DNA of 64,000 nucleotides from Octopus bimaculoides (Eukaryota), in NCBI RefSeq assembly GCF_001194135.2, contig NC_068984.1, forward strand, positions 16,524,317-16,588,316, in the 5' to 3' direction. Positions 26,211 to 37,362 of the stretch are shown one piece after another. A program made the translations under genes and the position numbers. Each line of letters begins with the position of its first letter. Positions within the stretch are counted from its first letter, which is position 1. The notes under the pieces were generated by a model. That model made no database searches, was not told the origin of the DNA, and worked only from the letters and a program-made list of their open reading frames with translations.

Positions 26211-27099
26211 TGTACACATCTTAGAGAAACTGACAGCTCAATAATACCATAATCAAGAAGCTATTGAGTCTCTTTCTCATGCATTCAGGGATGTGTGGTT
26301 AAGAAGCTTGCTTCTCAATGATGTGGTCTTGGGTTCAGTCCCACTGTACAGCACCTTGGGTAAATATCTTTCAACTATAGACCCAGGCTGATCAAAGCCT
26401 TGTGTGTGGATTTTGTAAACTGAAATTCAAAGAAGCTTGTCTCATGTATGTATATATAGAACAGGGGTGGGGAAACTTTTTAGTGCGGCAGGCAAAAATT
26501 TCCAAAGAAAAAGGTCCGTGGATGGATCACAAGTTCTAACTCTTATATCTGTGTAAATCTGTAGACTAACATTACATATTCACTAGACCTTCTTTGCTTC
26601 ATTTCTTTCTAACCTTCACGAGACTTCTGTATTCAAGGCCAATGACTCCCTACCATGCAGCATCACAGTTCTAATACAAGTGCCAGCTTCTGAACTTCTT
26701 CCCACCTGTTCTTACCCTGGCTACTATAATTTCTAAACAACTGCTTTCCTTGGTAATTATGTCATGTGTATGGTTATGAATTGAATATTTCTTTGTCCAA
26801 AGATGAAGAAATTCTAACAACAGTTTTGATAGCAATAATGGAAAAAAGAATTTTGTAGCTGGATCTAGTAAGAATTTAACAACTTTTTTTCTTAGTTCTT
26901 TTTAGAAAGATATTAGACCTAGCCACAGTCTTTCCAAGGAAACAAAACCATTAGATTATTTTTGTTACTTTTTCTTTCGAAGTAATTGCTGCAGAAATGA
27001 ACTGTTACACAGAATATAAAACAAAGACAAAAAGAAAAAAGTTTGAGGTTTCCTACAGACATGGATGAAGGATTAGAAATCCGAGCATTTTTAGGAATA

Positions 27100-27440
27100 C
27101 TGCACCTGTGCCCAACGTCGCCTTCCTGGCACGTGTAAAGACATTCGAGCGAGATCATTGCCAGTGCCGCTGGACTGGCTCCTGTGCAGGTGGCACGTAA
27201 AATACACCATTTTGAGCGTGGCCGTTGCCTGTAATGCCTAACTGGCCCTCGTACCAGTGGCACGTAAAAGCACCCACCACACTCTCAGAGTGGTTGGCGT
27301 TAGGAAGGGCATCCAGCCGTAGAAACTCTGCCAAATCAGATTGGAGCCTGGTGTAGCCATCTGGTTCACCAGTCCTCAGTCAAATCGTCCAACCCATGCT
27401 AACATGGAAAGCGGACGTTAAACGATGATGATGATGATGA
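27100..27440 (+). mobile_element. RTE-LINE 3' UTR fragment, young
   Basis: Close to consensus; ends GACGTTAAACGATGATGATG. Confidence 0.7.
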
Positions 27441-28069
27441 TATAATTCGAGACACAATAATAAAGATAAGTTTAAGACATTAAATTAATGCCTAACATGT
27501 TCATTAATGCCGCCACTGAATTTAAGATGTTTATACTACTTATGAGGTATTCTATACTTTTCAGCTAGAGTGTAGTTGGGTCTCAAGGGGGTGGTACAAA
27601 CCTAGCAATATGTGTTTTATAGTGAAAACAAAATTTCCATTCAAATGGCAATTGTCGGACGATTTTCTGTTCAGGTCTAACTGTTTAAGCTGTAGAGGGA
27701 ATGCGACTTATGTTGCAAATAGGCATATGAATATTGTATAAATTTTATAATTGAAAAATTTACTATATTTTGTACATACGAGTATACCAGCCCGTGGGTG
27801 CAATTGTGCCTGCAGGCGGGGGTTTCCCACCCCTGGTATAGAGGTAGATAGATACTATCTTTGCCAGATCAGATTGAGCCTGGTGCGGCCTCTGGCTCAC
27901 CAGTCCTCATTGAAACTATCCAACCCATGCCAGCATGGAAAGTGGACGTTAAACAATGACGATGATGATGATGATGTGTGTGTGTATGTATGTATATATG
28001 TAGCTTAGCTTCAAGTTCAGTCTCATTGTGTGTCTTCTACTATAACCCCATCATAGGCGTGTGTGTGTT

Positions 28070-28110
<41 letters not shown>

Positions 28111-28655
28111 CTGTGTGTATCTGTATCTGCATGTTTGTTTATATTTGTACTTCCCTAAAATCATGAGCAGCAAAGTGGTGATATTATCACTTCTCCTGTC
28201 AACAAATCACTCACTGTTTATTAAGTTCTGTTTAGTCTCTCACTTAGTAAATCCCATTAAGTGTCCCATTAAATCTTCACAGTCTGCCTACCCTTTGCCT
28301 CATCGATACCCTTTTGTCTCTCTTACCTTCTCTTCTATTCATTGTACTACACCGGTCTTGTAATGCGGAATTGCATTCGATCTCTCAGTATACAATCCCT
28401 CTCTAGCACAATCCTTATCACACAATTTCTTATTACCATCCCAATGCCTATATAAGGAAGATCTGACATCTATCACTCCCCATTTCCCATCTCTACTACT
28501 ACCTATCCCTTCTTAACTCCCTTACTGCTAACATTTAACTGCCATCACTGTTTCTCTCCCATTACTCTCTGCTATAACTGTCTGTTCCATTAACCTTTTC
28601 TCCACCACCCTCTCACTCCAATTATTGGCTTTCCTATCATACTCTATCTCTCCCC

Positions 28656-28742
<87 letters not shown>

Positions 28743-29121
28743 CCTCTAGCTCTGTCTTTCTCTTTTGCCCTAGTTTAATGTCTGTCACCATCCTTTTCTT
28801 TTATTCACCTTCTGGACTACGTTGCTTTAAAAGAATGGAAACAGTGTGGAGTATTAAGGACATTTTAGTCGTCCTTTTATTGTAACAACTCCACAGAGTT
28901 GTCAGGAAACACGATTTGGAAGCTGGCATTTTCTGCATGATAGCTGTCTATCACAAAATGAAAGCAAAATCATTACAAGGAGGAATTTTTATTAAACTAA
29001 TGAAAGCAAAGCATTATGATGACCAAAGTTGTAAGAACTTCTGAAGTTTTAATAAGTTTTAATGAAAAATGTCATGTGAAGCAGTCAAACAAACATGTAA
29101 TACCCAATTTTTACCCTATTG

Positions 29122-29156
<35 letters not shown>

Positions 29157-30123
29157 NNNNNNNNNNNNNNNNNNNNNNNNNNNNNNNNNNNNNNNNNNNN
29201 NNNNNNNNNNNNNNNNNNNNNNNNNNNNNNNNNNNNNNNNNNNNNNNNNNNNNNNNNNNNNNNNNNNNNNNNNNNNNNNNNNNNNNNNNNNNNNNNNNNN
29301 NNNNNNNNNNNNNNNNNNNNNNNNNNNNNNNNNNNNNNNNNNNNNNNNNNNNNNNNNNNNNNNNNNNNNNNNNNNNNNNNNNNNNNNNNNNNNNNNNNNN
29401 NNNNNNNNNNNNNNNNNNNNNNNNNNNNNNNNNNNNNNNNNNNNNNNNNNNNNNNNNNNNNNNNNNNNNNNNNNNNNNNNNNNNNNNNNNNNNNNNNNNN
29501 NNNNNNNNNNNNNNNNNNNNNNNNNNNNNNNNNNNNNNNNNNNNNNNNNNNNNNNNNNNNNNNNNNNNNNNNNNNNNNNNNNNNNNNNNNNNNNNNNNNN
29601 NNNNNNNNNNNNNNNNNNNNNNNNNNNNNNNNNNNNNNNNNNNNNNNNNNNNNNNNNNNNNNNNNNNNNNNNNNNNNNNNNNNNNNNNNNNNNNNNNNNN
29701 NNNNNNNNNNNNNNNNNNNNNNNNNNNNNNNNNNNNNNNNNNNNNNNNNNNNNNNNNNNNNNNNATGATAGATCGCTAGCCACTACACATTCTTTATTTT
29801 CTCTCCTTGTTTCTTTCTGTTCTTTTCTGTGGAAGAGCGTAGGTTTAAAACATTAAAGACTTTTTCACTTCCCGAGCGTTAAACTAATACATTTGTTTGT
29901 TGTCTACACTACCTGTCTTTGTCTTTTGTTTTTTTGTGAATTCTCCCTACATATACATATATTAGGAAGGGCATCCAGCTGTAGAAACTCTGCCAAATTT
30001 AGATTGGAGCCTGGTGTTGCCATCCGGTTTCACCAGTCCTCAGTCAAATTCTCCAACCCATGCTAGCATGGAAAGCGGACGTTAAACGATGATGATGATG
30101 ATGATGATGATGATATATATATT

Positions 30124-30174
<51 letters not shown>

Positions 30175-30702
30175 ACAGTAGCATTCCATGGGAAATTCTA
30201 TGGTTGTTTTGAAAATTGGAAGATGGAATTGAATATTTTTCTGAACCATTTGAATCTTGAGATGATTTAAAATTCTATATAAATAGTATTGAAGGTGCAA
30301 TGTAAAGAAACAACTCCTCTGAACGTTTTCATATTCTTATGTCTTCTAATTTGAGTTGTGTTACTTTTCAAATTATGTTAAGAATGAAACAGTTTTAGCT
30401 ATGGAACAAAATGAAAGACATTATCTATAGTTTTATTGTTTCAGTACATTGGTAAAGTTCTGATAAATTGGTTAATGTTTACTTTAACACCCCGGCTACC
30501 AAAACAAAAAACAAAAGCAAGTGTAATAGGTGTAAAAAAATGTGCTTTAAATGAATATGAGAACAAAAATTTGCACCAATGAACTGATTATAAAGGACTT
30601 TGTGGGGAAATATTTTTCCAAGGGGGTGGGAAGGAATTTCGAAGAGAAAGAAATTCATAAATCATTTTTTTTTTTTTTGCTCGAGTGTAATGGAGATAAA
30701 AT

Positions 30703-30733
<31 letters not shown>

Positions 30734-31863
30734 GAATTGAAATGTTAAGTAGGTGTCTTTTTTGCACAGAAAAAGTAGTATTTAATAGGGGTTGAATTGG
30801 TTCCAAGATAGGAACTTTCTAGCATTGATGCATTTGTTGAAGAGGAAATCTCAGCTCCACTTGTTGAATTTATTTGTTTCTCAACAAGGGTCTGGAAAGG
30901 TCCAGAAACCTAATCATTAAAACACCAATGAATATTATGAAATCATTATTGTTACTTCTGTTCCAGGTATTTTATGTGATATTTGGTTGAAGGTTAGCGG
31001 TTGCCATTTGCAATATAAAATTGCTTGAATACTGCCTTGAAAGCAGTTTAAACGTTTGAACCAAATATATTGTTGCAAATTAGAACCAATTGCCAAAAAT
31101 CAATTCGTTTTATTGAACTCACAAATATTTAAGACATTAGTATGTGTTCACTTTTATAGCAAATGATGGCTGCTAACTTTCAACCAAATAATATTGTGTG
31201 ACATCATATCACCTTTGCCTTTCATCCTTCTAGTGTTGACACCAGGAACACTTTGAAATTATATTTCCAATTATATAAATCACTTTGAATATTATTTCAG
31301 CAAGTTTAAAATGATTTATACCATAAGCCATTTACCATTTCTGTGGTGTCCCCTTCCCTTGATGCCTTAAGCACATGCTTATTTTACTTAATGGTTAATC
31401 CAGTGCTGCATCTCATATGTGATTGATTACAAGGTTTGTATGGTATTGTTCCATCATTAGGTCTTTCATAGTTAATAATACCTAAATACTGTAGCTCCAC
31501 ACACAAATACTGTGACTTGTGAGGTTTAAACCTGCTCCCATATTTAAAGTGTTAAGAGCAACATTAAGTAGTTTTGTTCTCTATTCTCAACTATAGACTC
31601 TTGTTTAAAGAAATCTAGGAGACACCAATATTAGTTGATTAAATTCCAATCCATTACCAGTATGTATGCAGTTCTTTCTTTCATCTACCTCAGAAGGACA
31701 AAAGTCAAAGGTGATCTGGGCAGAGTTTAACCATTTAGTACTTAAACAAGCCATATCCGGCCCAAATAGTCTATTTTTTTTTTATGTTCAAACTTGTCAG
31801 ATCCAACCTCTCACACCTACCCTACTATGTCATTCTAAAAGTAAAAATCTCTAAGAATAGAGA

Positions 31864-32995
31864 TGCTTGAACAGAGATATGTTTATTTGTGCTGCATCCA
31901 AGAAGTAAAGTGGAGAGGAAGTTCTGCTAGGTTCCTTACAGGCAAAGAACATAGGTATAAGATTTTCTGGGTAGGGAACACTGATGAGGTTGGGGGCATG
32001 GGTGTACTCCTTGCAGAGAAATAGGTTGATAAGGTAATCGAGGTTTCAAGAGTCTGTGATAGAATATTTAAGCTTAGACTAGTGCTGCAACATGGATTAG
32101 CAACCATTATCTCGGCCTATGCCCATCAGCCAGGGCTACCTGATGAACAGAAAGACTGATTTTATGACACCCTCTTGCAAACTACCTCATCGACAAATGA
32201 CGGGGACCTTCTCTTTGTGGCTGGTGACTTCAATGGGCATGATGGATAACATCCAAAGAACTTCCATGGTGGACATGGAGGCAATGGACTTGATTCCTAC
32301 AATGAGGAGGGAACCAGGCTGCTGGAGTTCTGTGATGCAAATGATCTTATGATCTGTAATACTAACTTCAGGAAACCTGCCAATCACCAAAGGAGGAGGA
32401 TATAGCACCGCATAATGTGGAGGACAACTGGAGGTTCCTATGGGACAACCTGTTAAGGGTTACTGACAAGATCTGTGGCTGGGGATGAATTGGTGAAGCA
32501 TGACCTTCAAACATGGGACCTCTCAGAGGCAATGACAAGTGACTGAAACCTTTAGAGATATGCTGTGCTTGAGAAGACCCTGCAAACCAAGTGAGATCGT
32601 AGCCATAGCCTCTGCCAGTGTCGCATAACTAGCCCATTTAAAAGCACCCTTCAATCGTTGGGCAAGATACCATGCTTGTGAAGACCTGTTGAACCAAGTG
32701 AAATCATTGTAGTGGCCGATGCCAGTGCCGCCTGACTGGCACCCATGCCAGTGGCATGTAAAAAGCACCATTCGAGTGTGGTCGGTGACAGTGCTGCATG
32801 ACTGGCTCCCATGCCGGTGGATGATAAAAATCACCCACTACACTCTTAGAGTGGTTGGCATTAGGAAGGGCATTAAGCTGTAGAAACCTTACCAGATCAA
32901 ATTGAAACCTGGTGCAGCCTTCTGACTTGCCAGTCCCCAATCAAACCATCTAACCTATACAAGTATAGAAAGTGGACGTTAAATGACAATGGTGG

Positions 32996-33033
<38 letters not shown>
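31864..33033 (+). mobile_element. Internally deleted RTE-clade LINE (APE endonuclease + C-terminus + 3' UTR + (GAT)n tail)
   Basis: YKIFWVGN..GVLLAEK..IISAYA..GDFNGH..NEEGTRLLEFCDANDLMICNTNFRKP, then VEDNWRFL..ICGW joined to DELVKHDLQT..AMTSD..RYAVLEKT, then the 3' UTR shared by the many short tails in this window. Confidence 0.8.
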
Positions 33034-33034
<1 letters not shown>

Positions 33035-33577
33035 CATCATTGAAATCTTGAGTTGCAAGATAATCATCCTCATCATTTAATTCTATTTTTCATGCTGGCA
33101 TGTGCTGGACAGTTTGACAGGAGCTGGCAACATGGAGAGCTGCACCAGGCTCCAATTGTCTGTTTTGGCATGGTTTCTATGACTGAATGTCCTTTCTAAT
33201 GCCAGCCATTAGTTCAAAACAATATGAATCATAAGTATTACATTTCATAGATTAATCTGAATACTATAGGATTAAACTCAGAACAACTATAGGTATGGAA
33301 TTAAATCCTTCACCCTGTTTTATCTGATGCTTCAACAATTTCACTAATCTACTGCTGTAAAAATGAACTAATCTTCTAATTTATGTCCTGTAAATTCTGG
33401 TTAATATTTCTTTTTAAAATTTTTTTCTTGTTTTAACTGTACATGTTTATTTTTTATTTTTACTCTAATTTTATCAGCATTTCACATAATTTTTTTCCAT
33501 TTTTTTTTTTCTTAAAGAACTAAAATAGTTAACTGTTTTCTTTGTTTCTTCTTTTTTTTTTTCGTCTTCTTTTTCAG

Positions 33578-33728
33578 ACTGCATGATACGATGAAAATTA
33601 ATCAGTTTACCTGCCGCATTATTCATTGCACTCAACTGTTGATGTCTGTCATACAGGTGTACTATCATGAAAAGTTAGCAGTTGTTGCCCATTTAATTGA
33701 TCTTGATCAACTGCCAACTTCAACACAG
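33578..33728 (+). CDS. GRDP-like protein, coding exon 2
   Basis: Polypyrimidine tract+cag acceptor, 151 nt, phase 2 in and phase 0 out, donor GTAAAC. Reads (L)LHDTMKINQFTCRIIHCTQLLMSVIQVYYHEKLAVVAHLIDLDQLPTSTQ, open and in frame with exon 1. Confidence 0.85.
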
Positions 33729-34107
33729 GTAAACAGAAAAAGAAACCACAGGTGTAATTAACATATGATGGGCAGCATATTTGATTATCTTTGATTATCT
33801 TTTTTGAAAATTTTATAGCATTCAACACATTGTTGATTATCTCAAATGAATTTATTAACTTTGGGAACAAGGTACAGACTATGTAAGATGGATCTCTATT
33901 ATTTCAAAATGTGTATATAATTGAGCATAAATATTTATTTGCACAGTGAAGCTGTAAAAGCAAACAAATTTAGATATTTTTTTTTTCCTTTAAGATAATC
34001 AATTCTGCCTCCCATGCTTTGTTGATAGATGTATATAACACAGAAGGATGGGTTGATTTATGAATGGCTGGATTTATGCTTGTATGAATTTGTATGCCTA
34101 TATAAAT

Positions 34108-34148
<41 letters not shown>

Positions 34149-34158
34149 NNNNNNNNNN

Positions 34159-34205
<47 letters not shown>

Positions 34206-35221
34206 CATGGATGTGTTTGTAGGAAAGGATGCTGTCATTCAACTTTTGTGTATTCTCTGGCCACCATACAATACACTAATCGACAGCTAAGGAGCACAAA
34301 GAATCATATTTACATATACACACACATGTGAAAAATAACAGTAGCCATCATCATCATCATCATCATCTATCATCATCATCCTAGCATTTCATTAAACACT
34401 TGTTTCATTTTATTGTTTCTCAACTTTTATCAGCTCAAGTTTTTCTAAATCTTGATGTGTAATAAATAGTGTGGATACACGCTTGGCATAGTTGTGTGCT
34501 TAAACTGCTCCCCATCCAACTGCACTGTTCCAGGTTTGATTTCATTCTTTGTTGTTGATGCCATGTTTACCCTAAAAATACCTTTTAAAAAATTAAAAAA
34601 TTCCTCCATAGTTTCACTGCTATTGTTTACATTGGCAAGTTGTTTCTATGTAACCATAGCTATTCGTTGATATGAAGAGTAAACATATAGGGTTTCTCTT
34701 GGTTATTAACCAAAAACACTAAGGATACATTAGCTGGTAGTCCTGTCTACATATGACTTTGATCTCTAGTTTAGTATATACAGCGTATTTATATAAGGAA
34801 AAGTCCTTTCTGCAGATTTATATTCAAGGGTTAAAGTCTTCCAAAATTCTGATTGTGTTGCTTAATTCAATTCAAATCTGATTTATGATTGTTTTCTTGT
34901 TCCTTTTCAAGCCATGTCTGGCTCATAAGGGCCAGTTTTCCGGCTTCCTTGGCATATAGGTTCCCTACCTGGATGGGATGCCAGTCTGTCGCAGGTGAGC
35001 TGCTAGATGCAGGAGGAAAGAGGGAGAGAAAGTTGTGGTGAAAGAGTCAGCAGAAGTTTGCCATTACCTTTTGCCGGAGCTGTGTTTCACTCATAAACAC
35101 ACACATCGCCTGGTCTGAAATTCAAACCCACGATCCCTCAACTGCGAGTCTTCTGCTCTAACCACTAGGCTATGTGCCTCCACTGATTTATGATTAGGGA
35201 AGATTAAATAATATATATATA

Positions 35222-35610
35222 GACGCAGGAGTGGCTGTGTGGTAAGTGGCTTACTTACCAACCACATGGTCCCGGGTTCAGTCCCACTGCATGACACCTT
35301 GGGCAAGTGTCTTCTACTATAGCCTCTGGCTGACCAAAGACTTCTGACTGGAAATGGTAGATGGAAACTGAAAGATGCCTGTCGTATATATATATATGTG
35401 TGTTGTGCATCTGGGTTTATCCCCCCATCGTCACTTGACAACTGATGTTGGTGTGTTTATATCCCGTAACTTAGCAGTTCAGCAAAAAGAGACCAATAGA
35501 ATAAATACTAGGCTTACAAAGAATAAATCCTGGGGTCGATTTGCTCAACTAAAGGTGGTGCTCCAGCATGGCTGCAGTCAAATGACTGAAACAATTAAAA
35601 GAATAAAAGA
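35222..35610 (+). mobile_element. SINE family A (followed by a second partial copy 35625..35800)
   Basis: Full head GCAGGAGTGGCTGTGTGGTAAG through tail. Confidence 0.7.
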
Positions 35611-35990
35611 ATATATATACATTGGCACAAGCATAGCTGTGTGATAAGAAGCTTGCTTCCCAACCCTATGGTTTCATGTTCAGTCCCACAGCATGGCACA
35701 TCGGGCAAGTGTCTTTTACTATAGTCTTGGACTTATCAAAGCCTTGAGAATGGATTTGGCAGACGGAAGCCAAAAGAAGCCCTTCATATATATGTGTGTG
35801 TATGTGTGGGTTTGAGTCTGTGTTATATATTATTATATTATTATATGTATTTATTTTCTCTAAGTTAATAATTAACTCGGACAAAATAAATTGGTTAATA
35901 GATACCAGTGTAGCAAAGATCACAAAATGACTGTGATGTAACTCCTGTTTATGAGGCTGAAACTCCTTGTTATTTTGGGTACTTGAGTAA

Positions 35991-36217
35991 ATATATAGAT
36001 TTAGTAAATGGAGTAAAACGCATATGTTAAATGAATTCTTTTATTTCCAACATATGTTTCGAAGATTACAAATTATACCTTCCATAGGAATAGGTGATGT
36101 TGATAAGAATGTAATCTTCTCTTCAGGGAAATGCATGGGAACCAGCTTAACCGTATGTTGGAAATAAAAGAATTCATTTAACATATGCGTTTTACTCCAT
36201 TTACTAAATCTATATAT
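35991..36217 (-). mobile_element. Small fold-back element (64-bp perfect inverted repeats) carrying a hammerhead
   Basis: 35991..36054 is the exact reverse complement of 36154..36217; embedded in TA repeats; encloses the intact hammerhead core. Confidence 0.7.
36043..36132 (-). ncRNA. Minimal type I hammerhead ribozyme motif, intact core
   Basis: Minus strand reads AUUUCC-CUGAAGA-GAAGAUUACA(39 nt)UGUAAUCUUC-GAAAC-AUAU-GUU-GGAAAU. Perfect 6-bp stem I and 10-bp stem II, full CUGANGA/GAAA core, palindromic helix III (AACAUAUGUU). Predicted cleavage after GUU (36049/36048). Confidence 0.75.
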
Positions 36218-36340
36218 ATATATATATATATATATATAACTTATACCATAGTTTCTTTTTTCGTTTTTTTTTATGATTTCAGTGAAATAAATTCAAATTT
36301 TATAATGTCTAATTATTCTACTGTTATTGTTTTATGATAG

Positions 36341-36479
36341 CTTGCTTATCCAGAATCATATCCCTGCTTCATTCCTTCGTCTGGAGAAAGAGCACTGCTC
36401 ATAAAAAATCACACTGGTGATTGGGCTATTATTATTGGAAAATGGGCCGGTTTAAAGAAAGGTGTACCAGGTATTCCAG
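36341..36479 (+). CDS. GRDP-like protein, coding exon 3
   Basis: tag acceptor, 139 nt, donor GTGAGT (phase 1). Reads LAYPESYPCFIPSSGERALLIKNHTGDWAIIIGKWAGLKKGVPGIP(G); ERAxLIKN..GDW.I..G.W resembles the GRDP C-terminal region. Confidence 0.85.
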
Positions 36480-36626
36480 GTGAGTGCATTTTTCATTTGT
36501 CCAATCTTGTTATTGTTATTGATTATTGTCTAGGTCAGCTCTGATTGAAGAACAGATCTATAACTAAAGGCCTTCCAACCATGACCACTCTAGTTGGCTT
36601 TTTCATTTCCTTATTTTTTTTTACAA

Positions 36627-37012
36627 GGTGTAAGCATGGCTGTGTGGTAAGAAGTTTGCTTCCTAACCATATGGTTCTGGGTTCAGTCACACTGCATGGC
36701 ACCTTGGGCAAGTGTCTTCTACTAAAGCCTTGTAAGTGGATTTGGTTGACAGAAACTGGAAGAAAACCGGTGTGTGTATGTGTGTGTGTGTGTGTGTGGT
36801 GTGTGTGTGTCTGTCTGTCCGCCACCACTGCTTGAGAACCACTGTCAGTGTGTTTACATCCTTGTACCCTAGCAGTTTGGCAAAAGAGACTGATAGAATA
36901 AGTACCAAGCTTAAATAAAGGTACTAGGGTTGATTCATTTGACTAAGAATTCTTCAAAGTGGTGCCCCAAAATGGTCACAGTCTAATGACTGAAACAATT
37001 AAAAGATAAAAG
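36627..37012 (+). mobile_element. SINE family A
   Basis: Same consensus blocks. Confidence 0.6.
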
Positions 37013-37064
37013 ATAACTATAGGAGATTAGTATATTGCTACATGTAGTGTATTGCTACATGCCA

Positions 37065-37362
37065 TCCCTGTCACCAGTTGCCCTTCATGTTGTCAGATGC
37101 CCTTCCTGTCAGTGGTTGTCCTTCATATTGTTTCATGCCCTTCCTATCACCAGTTGCCTTTCATGTTGCCAGATGCCCTTCTTGTCACTGGTTGCCCTTA
37201 TTGTTGCTACATGCCCTTCCTGTCACCAGTTGCCCTTCATGTTGTCAGATGCCTTTCCTATCACCAGTTGCCCTTCCTGTCACCAGTTGCCCTTCATGTT
37301 GCTAGATGCCCTTCTTGTTACCAGTTGCCCTTCCTGTCACTGGATACCTTTCCTGTCACCAG
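37065..37362. repeat. Minisatellite, 19-bp monomers in a 38-bp higher-order unit
   Basis: TGCCCTTCCTGTCACCAGT alternates with TGCCCTTCATGTTGTCAGA. Confidence 0.75.

Noticed and set aside
29069-29856. Long ORFs of 218-245 aa
   Set aside because: They consist almost entirely of N-gap translation and (TA)n.
29822-29858. CTTT-CTGTGGA-AGAGC..AAAACATT-AAAG hammerhead-like layout
   Set aside because: Several invariant core positions and stem II are broken; only suggestive.
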